DNA of 64,000 bases, from the NCBI RefSeq assembly GCF_032444005.1, contig NC_091287.1, positions 83,204,001 through 83,268,000 on the forward strand, in the 5' to 3' direction. A program made the position numbers and the translations under genes. The notes below the pieces were generated by a model. That model was not told the origin of the DNA. It searched no databases and saw only the letters and a program-made list of their open reading frames with translations. Each line of letters starts with the position of its first letter. The stretch's first letter is position 1. This document shows, in pieces, positions 1 through 10,151 of the stretch. The stretch is from Ranitomeya imitator. Lineage: Eukaryota.

Positions 1-648
1 TCCACTAGGCCTCCACTGACCACACCACTGCTGCCCGTGTACCCCTGGAACCAATTTAAAATTGCCTACAGCCATGTGTTATTATTTTAGGCCTTCGATG
101 CCTGTCTGCGGTCACTCCTTCCACTAGGCCTCCACTGACCACACCACTGCTGCCCGTGTACCCCTGGAACCAATTTAAAATTGCCTACAGCCATGTGTTA
201 TTATTTTAGGCCTTCGATGCCTGTCTGCGGTCACTCCTTCCACTAGGCCTCCACTGACCACACCACTGCTGCCCGTGTACCCCTGTAACCAATTTAAAAT
301 TGCCTACAGCCATGTGTTATTATTTTAGGCCTTCGATGCCTGTCTGCGGTGACTCCTTCCACTAGGCCTCCACTGACCACACCACTGCTGCCCGTGTACC
401 CCTGGAACCAATTTAAAATAGCCTACAGCCATGTGTTATTATTTTAGGCCTTCGATGCCTGTCTGCGGTGACTCCTTCCACTAGGCCTCCACTGACCACA
501 CCACTGCTGCCCGTGTACCCCTGGAACCAATTTAAAATTGCCTACAGCCATGTGTTATTATTTTAGGCCTTCGATGCCTGTCTGCGGTCACTCCTTCCAC
601 TAGGCCTCCACTGACCACACGACTGCTGCCCGTGTACCCCTGGAACCA
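1..648. repeat. 119-bp tandem array (~5.5 near-identical copies visible, runs off the window start)
   Basis: Unit TCCACTAGGCCTCCACTGACC...GTCACTCCT restarts at 1, 120, 239, 358, 477 and 596, with only isolated substitutions. Confidence 0.97.
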
Positions 649-762
649 ACATCAGAAAATATAAAAATAAGTATTTTGCTTATAAAAAAGAAAATACTGG
701 AGAGATATCAAATGCAGACATTTTAACATTAAAAACAAACACATACAACAAAAATCTGGTAC

Positions 763-3446
763 AGTAACATAGTAACATAGTAACATAGTTAGTAAGGCCG
801 AAAAAAGACATTTGTCCATCCAGTTCAGCCTATATTCCATCATAATAAATACCCAGATCTACGTCCTTCTACAGAACCTAATAATTGTATGATACAATAT
901 TGTTCTGCTCCAGGAAGACATCCAGGCCTCTCTTGAACCCCTCGACTGAGTTCGCCATCACCACCTCCTCAGGCAAGCAATTCCAGATTCTCACTGCCCT
1001 AACAGTAAAGAATCCTCTTCTATGTTGGTGGAAAAACCTTCTCTCCTCCAGACGCAAAGAATGCCCCCTTGTGCCCGTCACCTTCCTTGGTATAAACAGA
1101 TCCTCAGCGAGATATTTGTATTGTCCCCTTATATACTTATACATGGTTATTAGATCGCCCCTCAGTCGTCTTTTTTCTAGACTAAATAATCCTAATTTCG
1201 CTAATCTATCTGGGTATTGTAGTTCTCCCATCCCCTTTATTAATTTTGTTGCCCTCCTTTGTACTCTCTCTAGTTCCATTATATCCTTCCTGAGCACCGG
1301 TGCCCAAAACTGGACACAGTACTCCATGTGCGGTCTAACTAGGGATTTGTACAGAGGCAGTATAATGCTCTCATCATGTGTATCCAGACCTCTTTTAATG
1401 CACCCCATGATCCTGTTTGCCTTGGCAGCTGCTGCCTGGCACTGGCTGCTCCAGGTAAGTTTATCATTAACTAGGATCCCCAAGTCCTTCTCCCTGTCAG
1501 ATTTACCCAGTGGTTTCCCGTTCAGTGTGTAATGGTGATATTGATTCCCTCTTCCCATGTGTATAACCTTACATTTATCATTGTTAAACCTCATCTGCCA
1601 CCTTTCAGCCCAAGTTTCCAACTTATCCAGATCCATCTGTAGCAGAATACTATCTTCTCTTGTATTAACTGCTTTACATAGTTTTGTATCATCTGCAAAT
1701 ATCGATATTTTACTGTGTAAACCTTCTACCAGATCATTAATGAATATGTTGAAGAGAACAGGTCCCAATACTGACCCCTGCGGTACCCCACTGGTCACAG
1801 CGACCCAGTTAGAGACTATACCATTTATAACCACCCTCTGCTTTCTATCACTAAGCCAGTTACTAACCCATTTACACACATTTTCCCCCAGACCAAGCAT
1901 TCTCATTTTGTGTACCAACCTCTTGTGCGGCACGGTATCAAACGCTTTGGAAAAATCGAGATATACCACGTCCAATGACTCACCGTGGTCCAGTCTATAG
2001 CTTACCTCTTCATAAAAACTGATTAGATTGGTTTGACAGGAGCGATTTCTCATAAACCCATGCTGATATGGAGTTAAACAGTTATTCTCATTGAGATAAT
2101 CCAGAATAACATCCCTCAGAAACCCTTCAAATATTTTACCAACAATAGAGGTTAGACTTACTGGCCTATAATTTCCAGGTTCACTTTTAGAGCCCTTTTT
2201 GAATATTGGCACCACATTTGCTATGCGCCAGTCCTGCGGAACAGACCCTGTCGCTATAGAGTCACTAAAAATAAGAAATAATGGTTTATCTATTACATTA
2301 CTTAGTTCTCTTAGTACTCGTGGGTGTATGCCATCCGGACCCGGAGATTTATCTATTTTAATCTTATTTAGCCGGTTTCGCACCTCTTCTTGGGTTAGAT
2401 TGGTGACCCTTAATATAGGGTTTTCATTGTTTCTTGGGATTTCACCTAGCATTTCATTTTCCACCGTGAATACCGTGGAGAAGAAGGTGTTTAATATGTT
2501 AGCTTTTTCCTCGTCATCTACAACCATTCTTTCCTCACTATTTTTTAAGGGGCCTACATTTTCAGTTTTTATTCTTTTACTATTGATATAGTTGAAGAAC
2601 AGTTTGGGATTAGTTTTACTCTCCTTAGCAATGTGCTTCTCTGTTTCCTTTTTGGCAGCTTTAATTAGTTTTTTAGATAAAGTATTTTTCTCCCTATAGT
2701 TTTTTAGAGCTTCAATGGTGCCATCCTGCTTTAGTAGTGCAAATGCTTTCTTTTTACTGTTAATTGCCTGTCTTACTTCTTTGTTTAGCCACATTGGGTT
2801 TTTCCTATTTCTAGTCCTTTTATTCCCACAAGGTATAAACCGCTTACACTGCCTATTTAGGATGTTCTTAAACATTTCCCATTTATTATCTGTATTCTCA
2901 TTTCTGAGGATATTGTCCCAGTCTACCAGATTAAGGGCATCTCTAAGCTGTTCAAACTTTGCCTTCCTAAAGTTCAATGTTTTTGTGACTCCCTGACAAG
3001 TCCCCCTAGTGAAAGACAGGTGAAACTGCACAATATTGTGGTCGCTATTTCCTAAATGCCCAACCACCTGCAGATTTGTTATTCTGTCAGGTCTATTAGA
3101 TAGTATTAGGTCTAAAAGTGCTGCTCCTCTGGTTGGATTCTGCACCAATTGTGAAAGATAATTTTTCTTGGTTATTAGCAGAAACCTGTTGCCTTTATGG
3201 GTTTCACAGGTTTCTGTTTCCCAGTTAATATCCGGGTAGTTAAAGTCCCCCATAACCAGGACCTCATTATGGGTTGCAGCTTCATCTATCTGCTTTAGAA
3301 GTAGACTTTCCATGCTTTCTGTTATATTTGGGGGTTTGTAACAGACCCCAATGAGAATTTTGTTACCATTTTTCCCTCCATGAATTTCAACCCATATGGA
3401 CTCGACATCCTCATTCCCTTCGCTAATATCCTCCCTTAAAGTGGGA
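763..3446 (-). mobile_element. CR1 LINE, 5'-truncated, young copy
   Basis: 3' tail (AGTAACAT)x3 at 763-786, followed by 3' UTR and an ORF2 fragment. Possible 5-bp TSD GGTAC at 758-762 and 3447-3451. Confidence 0.95.
878..3313 (-). CDS. CR1 ORF2 fragment: partial APE endonuclease plus complete reverse transcriptase
   Basis: 811-aa ORF with endonuclease motifs GDFN, LDLILSN and SDH, and RT motifs GVPQGSVLGP and FADD. The frame stays open a further 44 codons upstream to 3445 (PTLREDISEGNEDVESIWVEI...GVCYKPP), so the Met at 3313 is internal. Confidence 0.93.
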   Translation of the reverse strand: MESLLLKQIDEAATHNEVLVMGDFNYPDINWETETCETHKGNRFLLITKKNYLSQLVQNPTRGAALLDLILSNRPDRITNLQVVGHLGNSDHNIVQFHLSFTRGTCQGVTKTLNFRKAKFEQLRDALNLVDWDNILRNENTDNKWEMFKNILNRQCKRFIPCGNKRTRNRKNPMWLNKEVRQAINSKKKAFALLKQDGTIEALKNYREKNTLSKKLIKAAKKETEKHIAKESKTNPKLFFNYINSKRIKTENVGPLKNSEERMVVDDEEKANILNTFFSTVFTVENEMLGEIPRNNENPILRVTNLTQEEVRNRLNKIKIDKSPGPDGIHPRVLRELSNVIDKPLFLIFSDSIATGSVPQDWRIANVVPIFKKGSKSEPGNYRPVSLTSIVGKIFEGFLRDVILDYLNENNCLTPYQHGFMRNRSCQTNLISFYEEVSYRLDHGESLDVVYLDFSKAFDTVPHKRLVHKMRMLGLGENVCKWVSNWLSDRKQRVVINGIVSNWVAVTSGVPQGSVLGPVLFNIFINDLVEGLHSKISIFADDTKLCKAVNTREDSILLQMDLDKLETWAERWQMRFNNDKCKVIHMGRGNQYHHYTLNGKPLGKSDREKDLGILVNDKLTWSSQCQAAAAKANRIMGCIKRGLDTHDESIILPLYKSLVRPHMEYCVQFWAPVLRKDIMELERVQRRATKLIKGMGELQYPDRLAKLGLFSLEKRRLRGDLITMYKYIRGQYKYLAEDLFIPRKVTGTRGHSLRLEERRFFHQHRRGFFTVRAVRIWNCLPEEVVMANSVEGFKRGLDVFLEQNNIVSYNY

Positions 3447-3672
3447 GGTACTAAATATGGCCACCAGCTACAATAACTTTCTCCTGAAAGTAGTTAACTG
3501 AAAGGTTTTTTCAATTTTAAACACAGATATGGCATCCACCGAGTGTTGTCCTGTCGCGTCTTCTTTATATTATTGCCAAGAAGATGCAAAACAATGAAAA
3601 TAATAAAATCATTATTTACCAAAAAAATAGAGTAAGTCAAAACCACATTGCAAATAAACATTCATTACAAAT

Positions 3673-3749
3673 AAAGAAGCAGGGCGCGTCCGAGGGTGAG
3701 TATATACCTAATAAGAATATAATCACCCTCGGACGCGCCCTGCTTCTTT
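3673..3749. other. Perfect 27-bp inverted repeat with 23-nt loop
   Basis: AAAGAAGCAGGGCGCGTCCGAGGGTGA (3673-3699) pairs exactly with 3723-3749. Confidence 0.95.
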
Positions 3750-3786
3750 CCGACAGCCTTCCTTCCTAAGAATCAGCCCTTCCGTG

Positions 3787-5470
3787 GTGTAGAGAGAGGG
3801 TTTGTTACACTCCAAGGTGTTCCCCAGGTTGCCTTTCCTGAGCTTCGATCTTCCGGCTCTCGTCTAGTAGTTGTTGGAAACTACGCTGCATTAGGCCTAC
3901 AAATTGGGTATGGGGTGTAGAGATATGGTGTGTTACACTCCAAGGTGTTCCCCAGGTTTCCTCTCCATTGCTTCGATCTTCCGGCTCTCGTTTAGTAGTT
4001 GTTGGAAACTACGCTGCATTGGGCCTACAAATTGGGTATGGGGTGTAGAGAGATGGTGTGTTCCACTCCAAGGTGTTCTCCAGGTTGCCTTTCCTGAGCT
4101 TCGATCTTCCGGCTCTCGTTTAGTAGTTGTTGGAAACTACGCTGCATTAGGCCTACAAATTGGGTATGGGGTGTAGAGAGATGGTGTGTTCCACTGTAGA
4201 GAGATGGTGTGTTCCACTCCAAGGTGTTCCCCAGGTTTCCTCGCCAATGCTTCGATCATCATGCTCTCGTTTAGTAGTTGTTGGAAACTACGCTGCATTA
4301 GGCCTACAAATTGGGTATGGGGTGTAGAGAGATGGTGTGTTACACTCCAAGGTGTTCCCCAGGTTTCCTCTCCATTGCTTCGATCTTCCGGCTCTCGTTT
4401 AGTAGTTGTTGGAAACTACGCTGCATTGGGCCTACAAATTGGGTATGGGGTGTAGAGAGATGGTGTGTTCCACTCCAAGGTGTTCTCCAGGTTGCCTTTC
4501 CTGAGCTTCGATCTTCCGGCTCTCGTTTAGTAGTTGTTGGAAACTACGCTGCATTAGGCCTACAAATTGGGTATGGGGTGTAGAGAGATGGTGTGTTCCA
4601 CTGTAGAGAGATGGTGTGTTCCACTCCAAGGTGTTCCCCAGGTTTCCTCGCCAATGCTTCGATCATCATGCTCTCGTTTAGTAGTTGTTGGAAACTACGC
4701 TGCATTAGGCCTACAAATTGGGTATGGGGTGTAGAGAGATGGTGTGTTACACTCCAAGGTGTTCCCCAGGTTTCCTCTCCATTGCTTCGATCTTCCGGCT
4801 CTCGTTTAGTAGTTGTTGGAAACTATGCTGCATTAGGCCTACAAATTGGGTATGGGGTGTAGAGAGATGGTGTGTTACACTCCAAGGTGTTCCCCAGGTT
4901 TCCTCTCCATTGCTTCGATCTTCCGGCTCTCGTTTAGTAGTTGTTGGAAACTACGCTGCATTAGGCCTACAAATTGGGTATGGGGTGTAGAGAGATGGTG
5001 TGTTACACTCCAAGGTGTTCCCCAGGTTTCCTCTCCATTGCTTCGATCTTCCGGCTCTCGTTTAGTAGTTGTTGGAAACTACGCTGCAATAGGCCTACAA
5101 ATTGGGTATGGGGTGTAGAGAGATGGTGTGTTACACTCCAAGGTGTTCCCCAGGTTTCCTCTCCATTGCTTCGATCTTCCGGCTCTCGTTTAGTAGTTGT
5201 TGGAAACTACGCTGCATTAGGCCTACAAATTGGGTATGGGGTGTAGAGAGATGGTGTGTTCCACTGTAGAGAGATGGTGTGTTCCACTCCAAGGTGTTCC
5301 CCAGGTTTCCTCGCCAATGCTTCGATCATCATGCTCTCGTTTAGTAGTTGTTGGAAACTACGCTGCATTAGACCTACAAATTGGGTATGGGGTGTAGAGA
5401 GATGGTGTGTTCCACTCCAAGGTGTTCTCCAGGTTGCCTTTCCTGAACTTCTATCTTCAGGCTCTCATTA
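3787..5470. repeat. 128-bp tandem array, 13 monomers, with a 407-bp higher-order unit
   Basis: Monomer starts at 3787, 3915, 4043, 4171, 4322, 4450, 4578, 4729, 4857, 4985, 5113, 5241 and 5392. The 151-bp monomers carry a 23-bp internal duplication. Confidence 0.95.
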
Positions 5471-5880
5471 AATTGTGGTTAAACGGAACAACTGCATTTG
5501 GTGTACTAGTTGGTTTGGGGCCTACTATCGGTGTCTGCCGCTCCTTGCTGTTTTCCTGGTTTCCTGTCCTGAAATTCCGTTTTCAGGCGCTCGTTAAGTA
5601 GTTGTTAATGTTAGACTGCATTTGGCCTACTAGTTGGGTTGGGGCCTACTATCGGTGTCTGCCACTCCTTGCTGTTCTCCTCCACTGAACAAAGCTGTGC
5701 CGCCTGTTTACTACTGTTGCCAATTTTGAACTGCATTTCGACTACTTACTGATTTGGGCCTACTCTCTGTGTCAGCCTCTCATTCCAGTTGTCCTCCACT
5801 GCAATGCCCCCTGATTAGTCCTGTGTTACCAATTTTGAACTGCATTTAGCCCACTTTATTCTTTGGGCCTATATCTGTGT
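5471..5880. repeat. Degenerate ~110-125-bp repeats related to both the 128-bp and 119-bp monomers
   Basis: Recurrent ACTGCATTT...GGGCCTACT motifs near 5491, 5616, 5730 and 5839. Confidence 0.7.
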
Positions 5881-6660
5881 TTCCTCCTCATCCTGCCCAT
5901 TGCCCAGCCAGTGATAGATGAGTCTGCTGGTACATTGACCCATAACGCAACATTTCCCGTGCACGCTACACTGCAAGATTGTGACCCTGCTGAAAGTCAG
6001 GTCCCCCTTCCCGCATACCATACCACCTTACACGGGGACAAACAGGAAGGTGCAGATGAAAGTGCAGGTTCCTTCATCAGGTGGGGGGAGGAATACTAGT
6101 TGGCGACGTCACTGGCACAGGGCCTCTCATGGTACGCAAAAGTGTTGCTGCTGGTGGGAGGCGCCCCCGCCGTGCAAACACACCGCTGTACTTTGAGGGG
6201 CCCTGTGCCAGTGCCAATGCCAACGAGTGGGCCCCCCCTGCTTGCTCAGGTTCACAGCACTTGCAAAGTTGAAATACTTACCTCTCCCTGCTCCACTGCC
6301 GTGACGTGGTCCAGATTTCCTGGGCCCACTAATTACTTGAACCAGCCCTACCCACCACAACTTTAGCCAAATGACCCCCAATTTCAAATGCCTTCCAATT
6401 ATTATAAGGTAAATTACGCTTGACAAGCTTCATTAAGAAGAATGGATGGTTTTGACATTAAAATGGGCACTCTAGGTGTTTTCCTGGCCCCCACTCACTG
6501 CCGACTATGCTGCCCCATTGACTTGCATTGGGTTTCGTGTTTCGGTCGATCCCGACTTTACGTCATAATCGGCCGATTTCACTCGACCCGACTTTTGAGA
6601 TAGTCGGGTTTCGCGAAACCCGGCTCGACTCTAAAAAGGTCAAGGTCGCTCAACTCTAGT

Positions 6661-7215
6661 GGAGACAGGTATGGCTGGTATGCAGACTGGCACAACAGCT
6701 GCTGATAGGTACAGCTGGTATACAGATTGGCAAGGTAGATGCAGACATGTATAGCTGGTATACAGAGTTGCATGGCAGGTGCAAGCAGTTACTGCTGTTA
6801 TACAGTCTGACATGGCAGGTGCCGATAGCTGCAGCTGATATACTGATGGGCACAGCAAGTGCAGGCCAGTAAGGGCTGATATACATGCAGGCAGATGCTA
6901 AAAGTCACAAGCAAGGACAAACAATAATAAGCAAGAATAAGCAGGTACTGGAAGGTACTGCCAGGTACTAGCAGGAACTAGCAGGTATTTGCAGATACTA
7001 ACAGACAGGGGACCTGAGAACTAGCATGCATGCAGACTGACTGACTAAACATGTTGCTCAGGCACCTCCCAAAAGGTGAAGGTGCCTTAAATAATAAGTA
7101 TCTCCCAGCCATTGACTGGGGACACTTTAGGACAGCATGCATTGTCTCTTTAAGAGACTGGAGGTGAGCGCATATGTGCCATAAGCGCAGAGCCCTGGGA
7201 TCTGCCAAGCATGCG
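6661..7215. mobile_element. Probable LTR-like fragment with imperfect CAGCTGGTATACAGA minisatellite
   Basis: Repeated GCTGGTAT(A/G)CAGA units at 6675-6840, followed by CCTTAAATA and GCATGCGCAG motifs. Family not established. Confidence 0.3.
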
Positions 7216-7309
7216 CAGACCCCAGGAAGTATCAGGAAGAGAAGAATGTGCAGGACGAGGGCCTGGATGGTGAGTGAGTCGGCATCCCTGCTGAGGAAGG
7301 AGAAGATGG

Positions 7310-7745
7310 GAAGTGTGCGGGAACGTTGATGTTGCAGAAATCTTGTGGAAAATACCTGATCATGGCTGGTTTATGTTGAAATGATGTTCTTTCCACTTCT
7401 GGATTATGGCCCAAGTTGTACTAACTGGAACATTCAGCAGTTTAGAAATTTTTCTGTAACCAATGCCATAAATATTTTTTGCAAGAATAAGTTTGCCGTG
7501 GTGTTGCAACAGCTCGCTGGTTTTACCTATCATGGCATGTTTCATGTGTTGCACCTTGGTATTGAGACACCATTTTATAGGACATCAGTTGAAGCAGCTG
7601 ATATTAGATTTCACTGAGTGGCAGGATTGCTTTCGAATTACTGATAAATTTCAGCTAGTGTCATGGCTTTCCATGGGTTCTTACACTCTCTTCATGTGTT
7701 CAATGCTTTTTCCCTTTGTCATTCCGTCTGGGCATTTATGGCTTA
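7310..7745 (-). mobile_element. Tc1 transposon 5' fragment (N-terminal HTH region, degenerate)
   Basis: Minus-strand translation IGKTSEL...GIGYRKISKLLNVPVSTTWAIIQKWKEHHF resembles Tc1 N-terminal HTH domains. Confidence 0.85.
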
Positions 7746-7757
7746 ATTGTTTCACCT

Positions 7758-8035
7758 GGGGCAGTATTATGGCTTAGTGGTTAGCACTGCATACTTGCAG
7801 CGCTGGAGTCCTGGGTTCAATTTCCACCAAGGACAACATCTGCAAAGAGTTTGTATGTTCTCTCAGTGTTTGCGCGGGTTTCCTCCTGGCACTCTGGTTT
7901 CCACCCACATTCCAAAGACATATTGATAGGGAATTTAAATTGTGAGCCCCAATGGGGACAGCGATGATAATGTCTGTAAAACGCTGAAGAATATGTTTGC
8001 TCAATATAAAAATAAAGATTATTATATTATATTAT
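7758..8035 (+). mobile_element. tRNA-derived SINE (V-SINE-like) with L2-type tail
   Basis: Pol III box A TGGCTTAGTGG, box B GGTTCAATTTCC, central CAACATCTGC..GAGTTTGTATGTTCTC domain and (ATT)n tail. Two more copies occur in the window. Confidence 0.88.
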
Positions 8036-10151
8036 CACATGTGTGGGTTGGATTGGCTGTTTGTGATATCTGGTGAGAATTTCATATCAATAGCACCTTC
8101 CTCTGTATGGAAGGGAATAAGGCATACTTCCCAGTGCCTAGTTGGAGCTGTAGGCTCAAATGTGGCAGGAATTGCAGGCAAAAAAATTAGTACAACCCCA
8201 TGTTTTCAGAATGCTATGTGATCCACGTGCCTCCAGTCCTCTGCCACCTGATCTCGAACTTGACATGAATCTCGCAAACTAACTCAGACTGAATAAACCA
8301 GGAAATGCTTCCTCTTTTGCTTGACCTAACACTCTCATGCTGGGCTGTCCCAAACATTTATCTGTATCCTATCCTGTCCCTGTACTGTATGCTATATCTT
8401 ATACACTAATAGGCCCACCACTGCCTATTTTCCCTAATCTTCCTATCTATCACTAACTGTGCCCTATACTATGTTCTAAACTGTCCCTACCCCTGAGCTG
8501 AGTATACCAGGTTACCTTGGGCATTACTAATACAGTTCCCACACAGAAGCATCAGTGCATATAACACTCAGTGCAGTCTACATTTCACATTATATCATAA
8601 AAACACAATACAACTGCATATTTGAAGCACATTACAATTGTTGTCTTCAGAGGAAGTTATATGACAGTCCCTGTTACACCCTTGCTTATATACAAAAGCC
8701 ACATTAGATGTACATTAAGCAGCAAGAAAGGGGTTAATAAAAGAGGGTTACAATCGATATTAGTTACCATCTTTAGGCTGAAAGAGATGTCTCCATTGCA
8801 GAATGTGATGATAAAAATAACAGATAAATAAATGATGTATCTTGGAATTCATTGCCCTAAAAATAATACTAGCACATATTGTGGGTGTCCAGGTGCCCTG
8901 GCACTAGTTGAAAGGCTGACTCATTGTTGGTGTTGGCTATCCATTTTTCTCCTTTTGCCTTTCAAGCGAACCACATCGCCTGATTCAGTAATGCGCAGTT
9001 AAGAAATAAACACATGCTTGATGATATTATCATTCAGAGCTAGGAGATTAATGGCTTCATGAGCTCTTTCTTTCGGACCACACCTATGGTTGTCCAAAGT
9101 TCTGTCATTACAGTTGACATTTTAAAATATACTGTATATGCCAGCAAGGAAATGTAATTATATTGTTCATAAATATTTGCTAGAGGTGAAACAACCCTTG
9201 AGCACATTAGATTCCCTAGAATTCCACAATACTCTTGCTAATTCATTACGTCCATTCGTTTCATCCTAATTGCAGGAGAACATGTACAGTAATATCTGGT
9301 ATATGCTCTTGCCATCAATAATGCACTTAATTACTCTTCATTAATGCATTGCTACTGGTGTAATTCATATATTCATAAATTAAAACATCTTATACTGAAG
9401 ACAATAAGTGATGTCATCATTATGACCACAAAACAAAAATCGACTTGAAGATTTAGATATTTTGAGAATTCTGGAGTTTAAAATAGAAGTTTTACATTTA
9501 AAAATTATTTTAATTATTATTATGAATTTTTTGTTGCTACTTAACCATCATTTGACATATTTTTTTCAAAGTCTGTATGAGATCATGCTTGTGATGTTTC
9601 AAGGGTGTTCTTCTTTCTCAAGCACCCTTACGTGACAAATGGGAAATTCACCCAAAACATTGCAAGCATGCACCGAAATGTGTACATTTCAAGCGACCAA
9701 GATTTATTCAACAATTTTAATTTAAGTTTTGGCAACTGTCTACAAGAGACCACCATTCTTAGTAAAATTTGGAAATGTTAGTGTCTGGTTCTTGTGGTAT
9801 CTTTTTTATGATAGTAGTGTCAAGCAAGATTACTGTCCTCAGCTTCATGTGTACAATGCTCCAAATGAGCAAAATCATAGACTCGTTTAGGGTTAGCTTA
9901 ATGCCCCCTGATGCCAAAACAAATGGTTTGGACTAGAGATAGGCAAACGTATTATTTATTTGACAAAAATCCACATTTTGAAGAATACAGATTTTTTTTA
10001 ATCTGCTCTGCATGGATTCAGCGGCAGCCACCATTCATCACATCACATCTTTGGTCTGATGTTGACTATAGGCTGAGGCTTCTGGGTTCGAGCTGTCCCT
10101 ACAGATCGCTGCATATGCTACTGGGCCTCTTCACAGCAGGAAGCCCCTAAC

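Larger units (their letters stand above)
1..6658. mobile_element. Right portion of a large hAT-type DNA transposon carrying internal tandem arrays
   Basis: Ends in GGTCGCTCAACTCTA (6644-6658), the reverse complement of a TAGAGTTGAGCG terminus. This matches the TAG(A/T)G(A/T)TGAGC termini of the window's MITEs that have 8-bp TSDs. The subterminal 6530-6650 is CpG-rich with repeated CCGA/TCGG motifs. The left end is not in the window, so no TSD can be checked and the assignment of 1-5900 to this element is inferred. Confidence 0.6.

Noticed and set aside
885-2996. Long + strand ORFs (215, 147, 130 and 93 aa)
   Set aside because: Antisense shadows of the CR1 ORF2.
1-5470. CRISPR-like or satellite-hammerhead interpretation of the tandem arrays
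   Set aside because: No unique spacers, eukaryotic context, and no CTGANGA core in either monomer on either strand.
3904-5471. Repeated 65-90-aa ORFs
   Set aside because: Produced by the 128-bp array; no coding signature.
6035-6085. Minus-strand CTGATGA-AGGAA...TTCCT resembling a hammerhead start
   Set aside because: The stem is followed by GTTTG, not GAAA.
9655-9690. CCGAAATGTGT, possibly a decayed CGAAACGCGT hammerhead end
   Set aside because: No recognisable core upstream; too degenerate to support.
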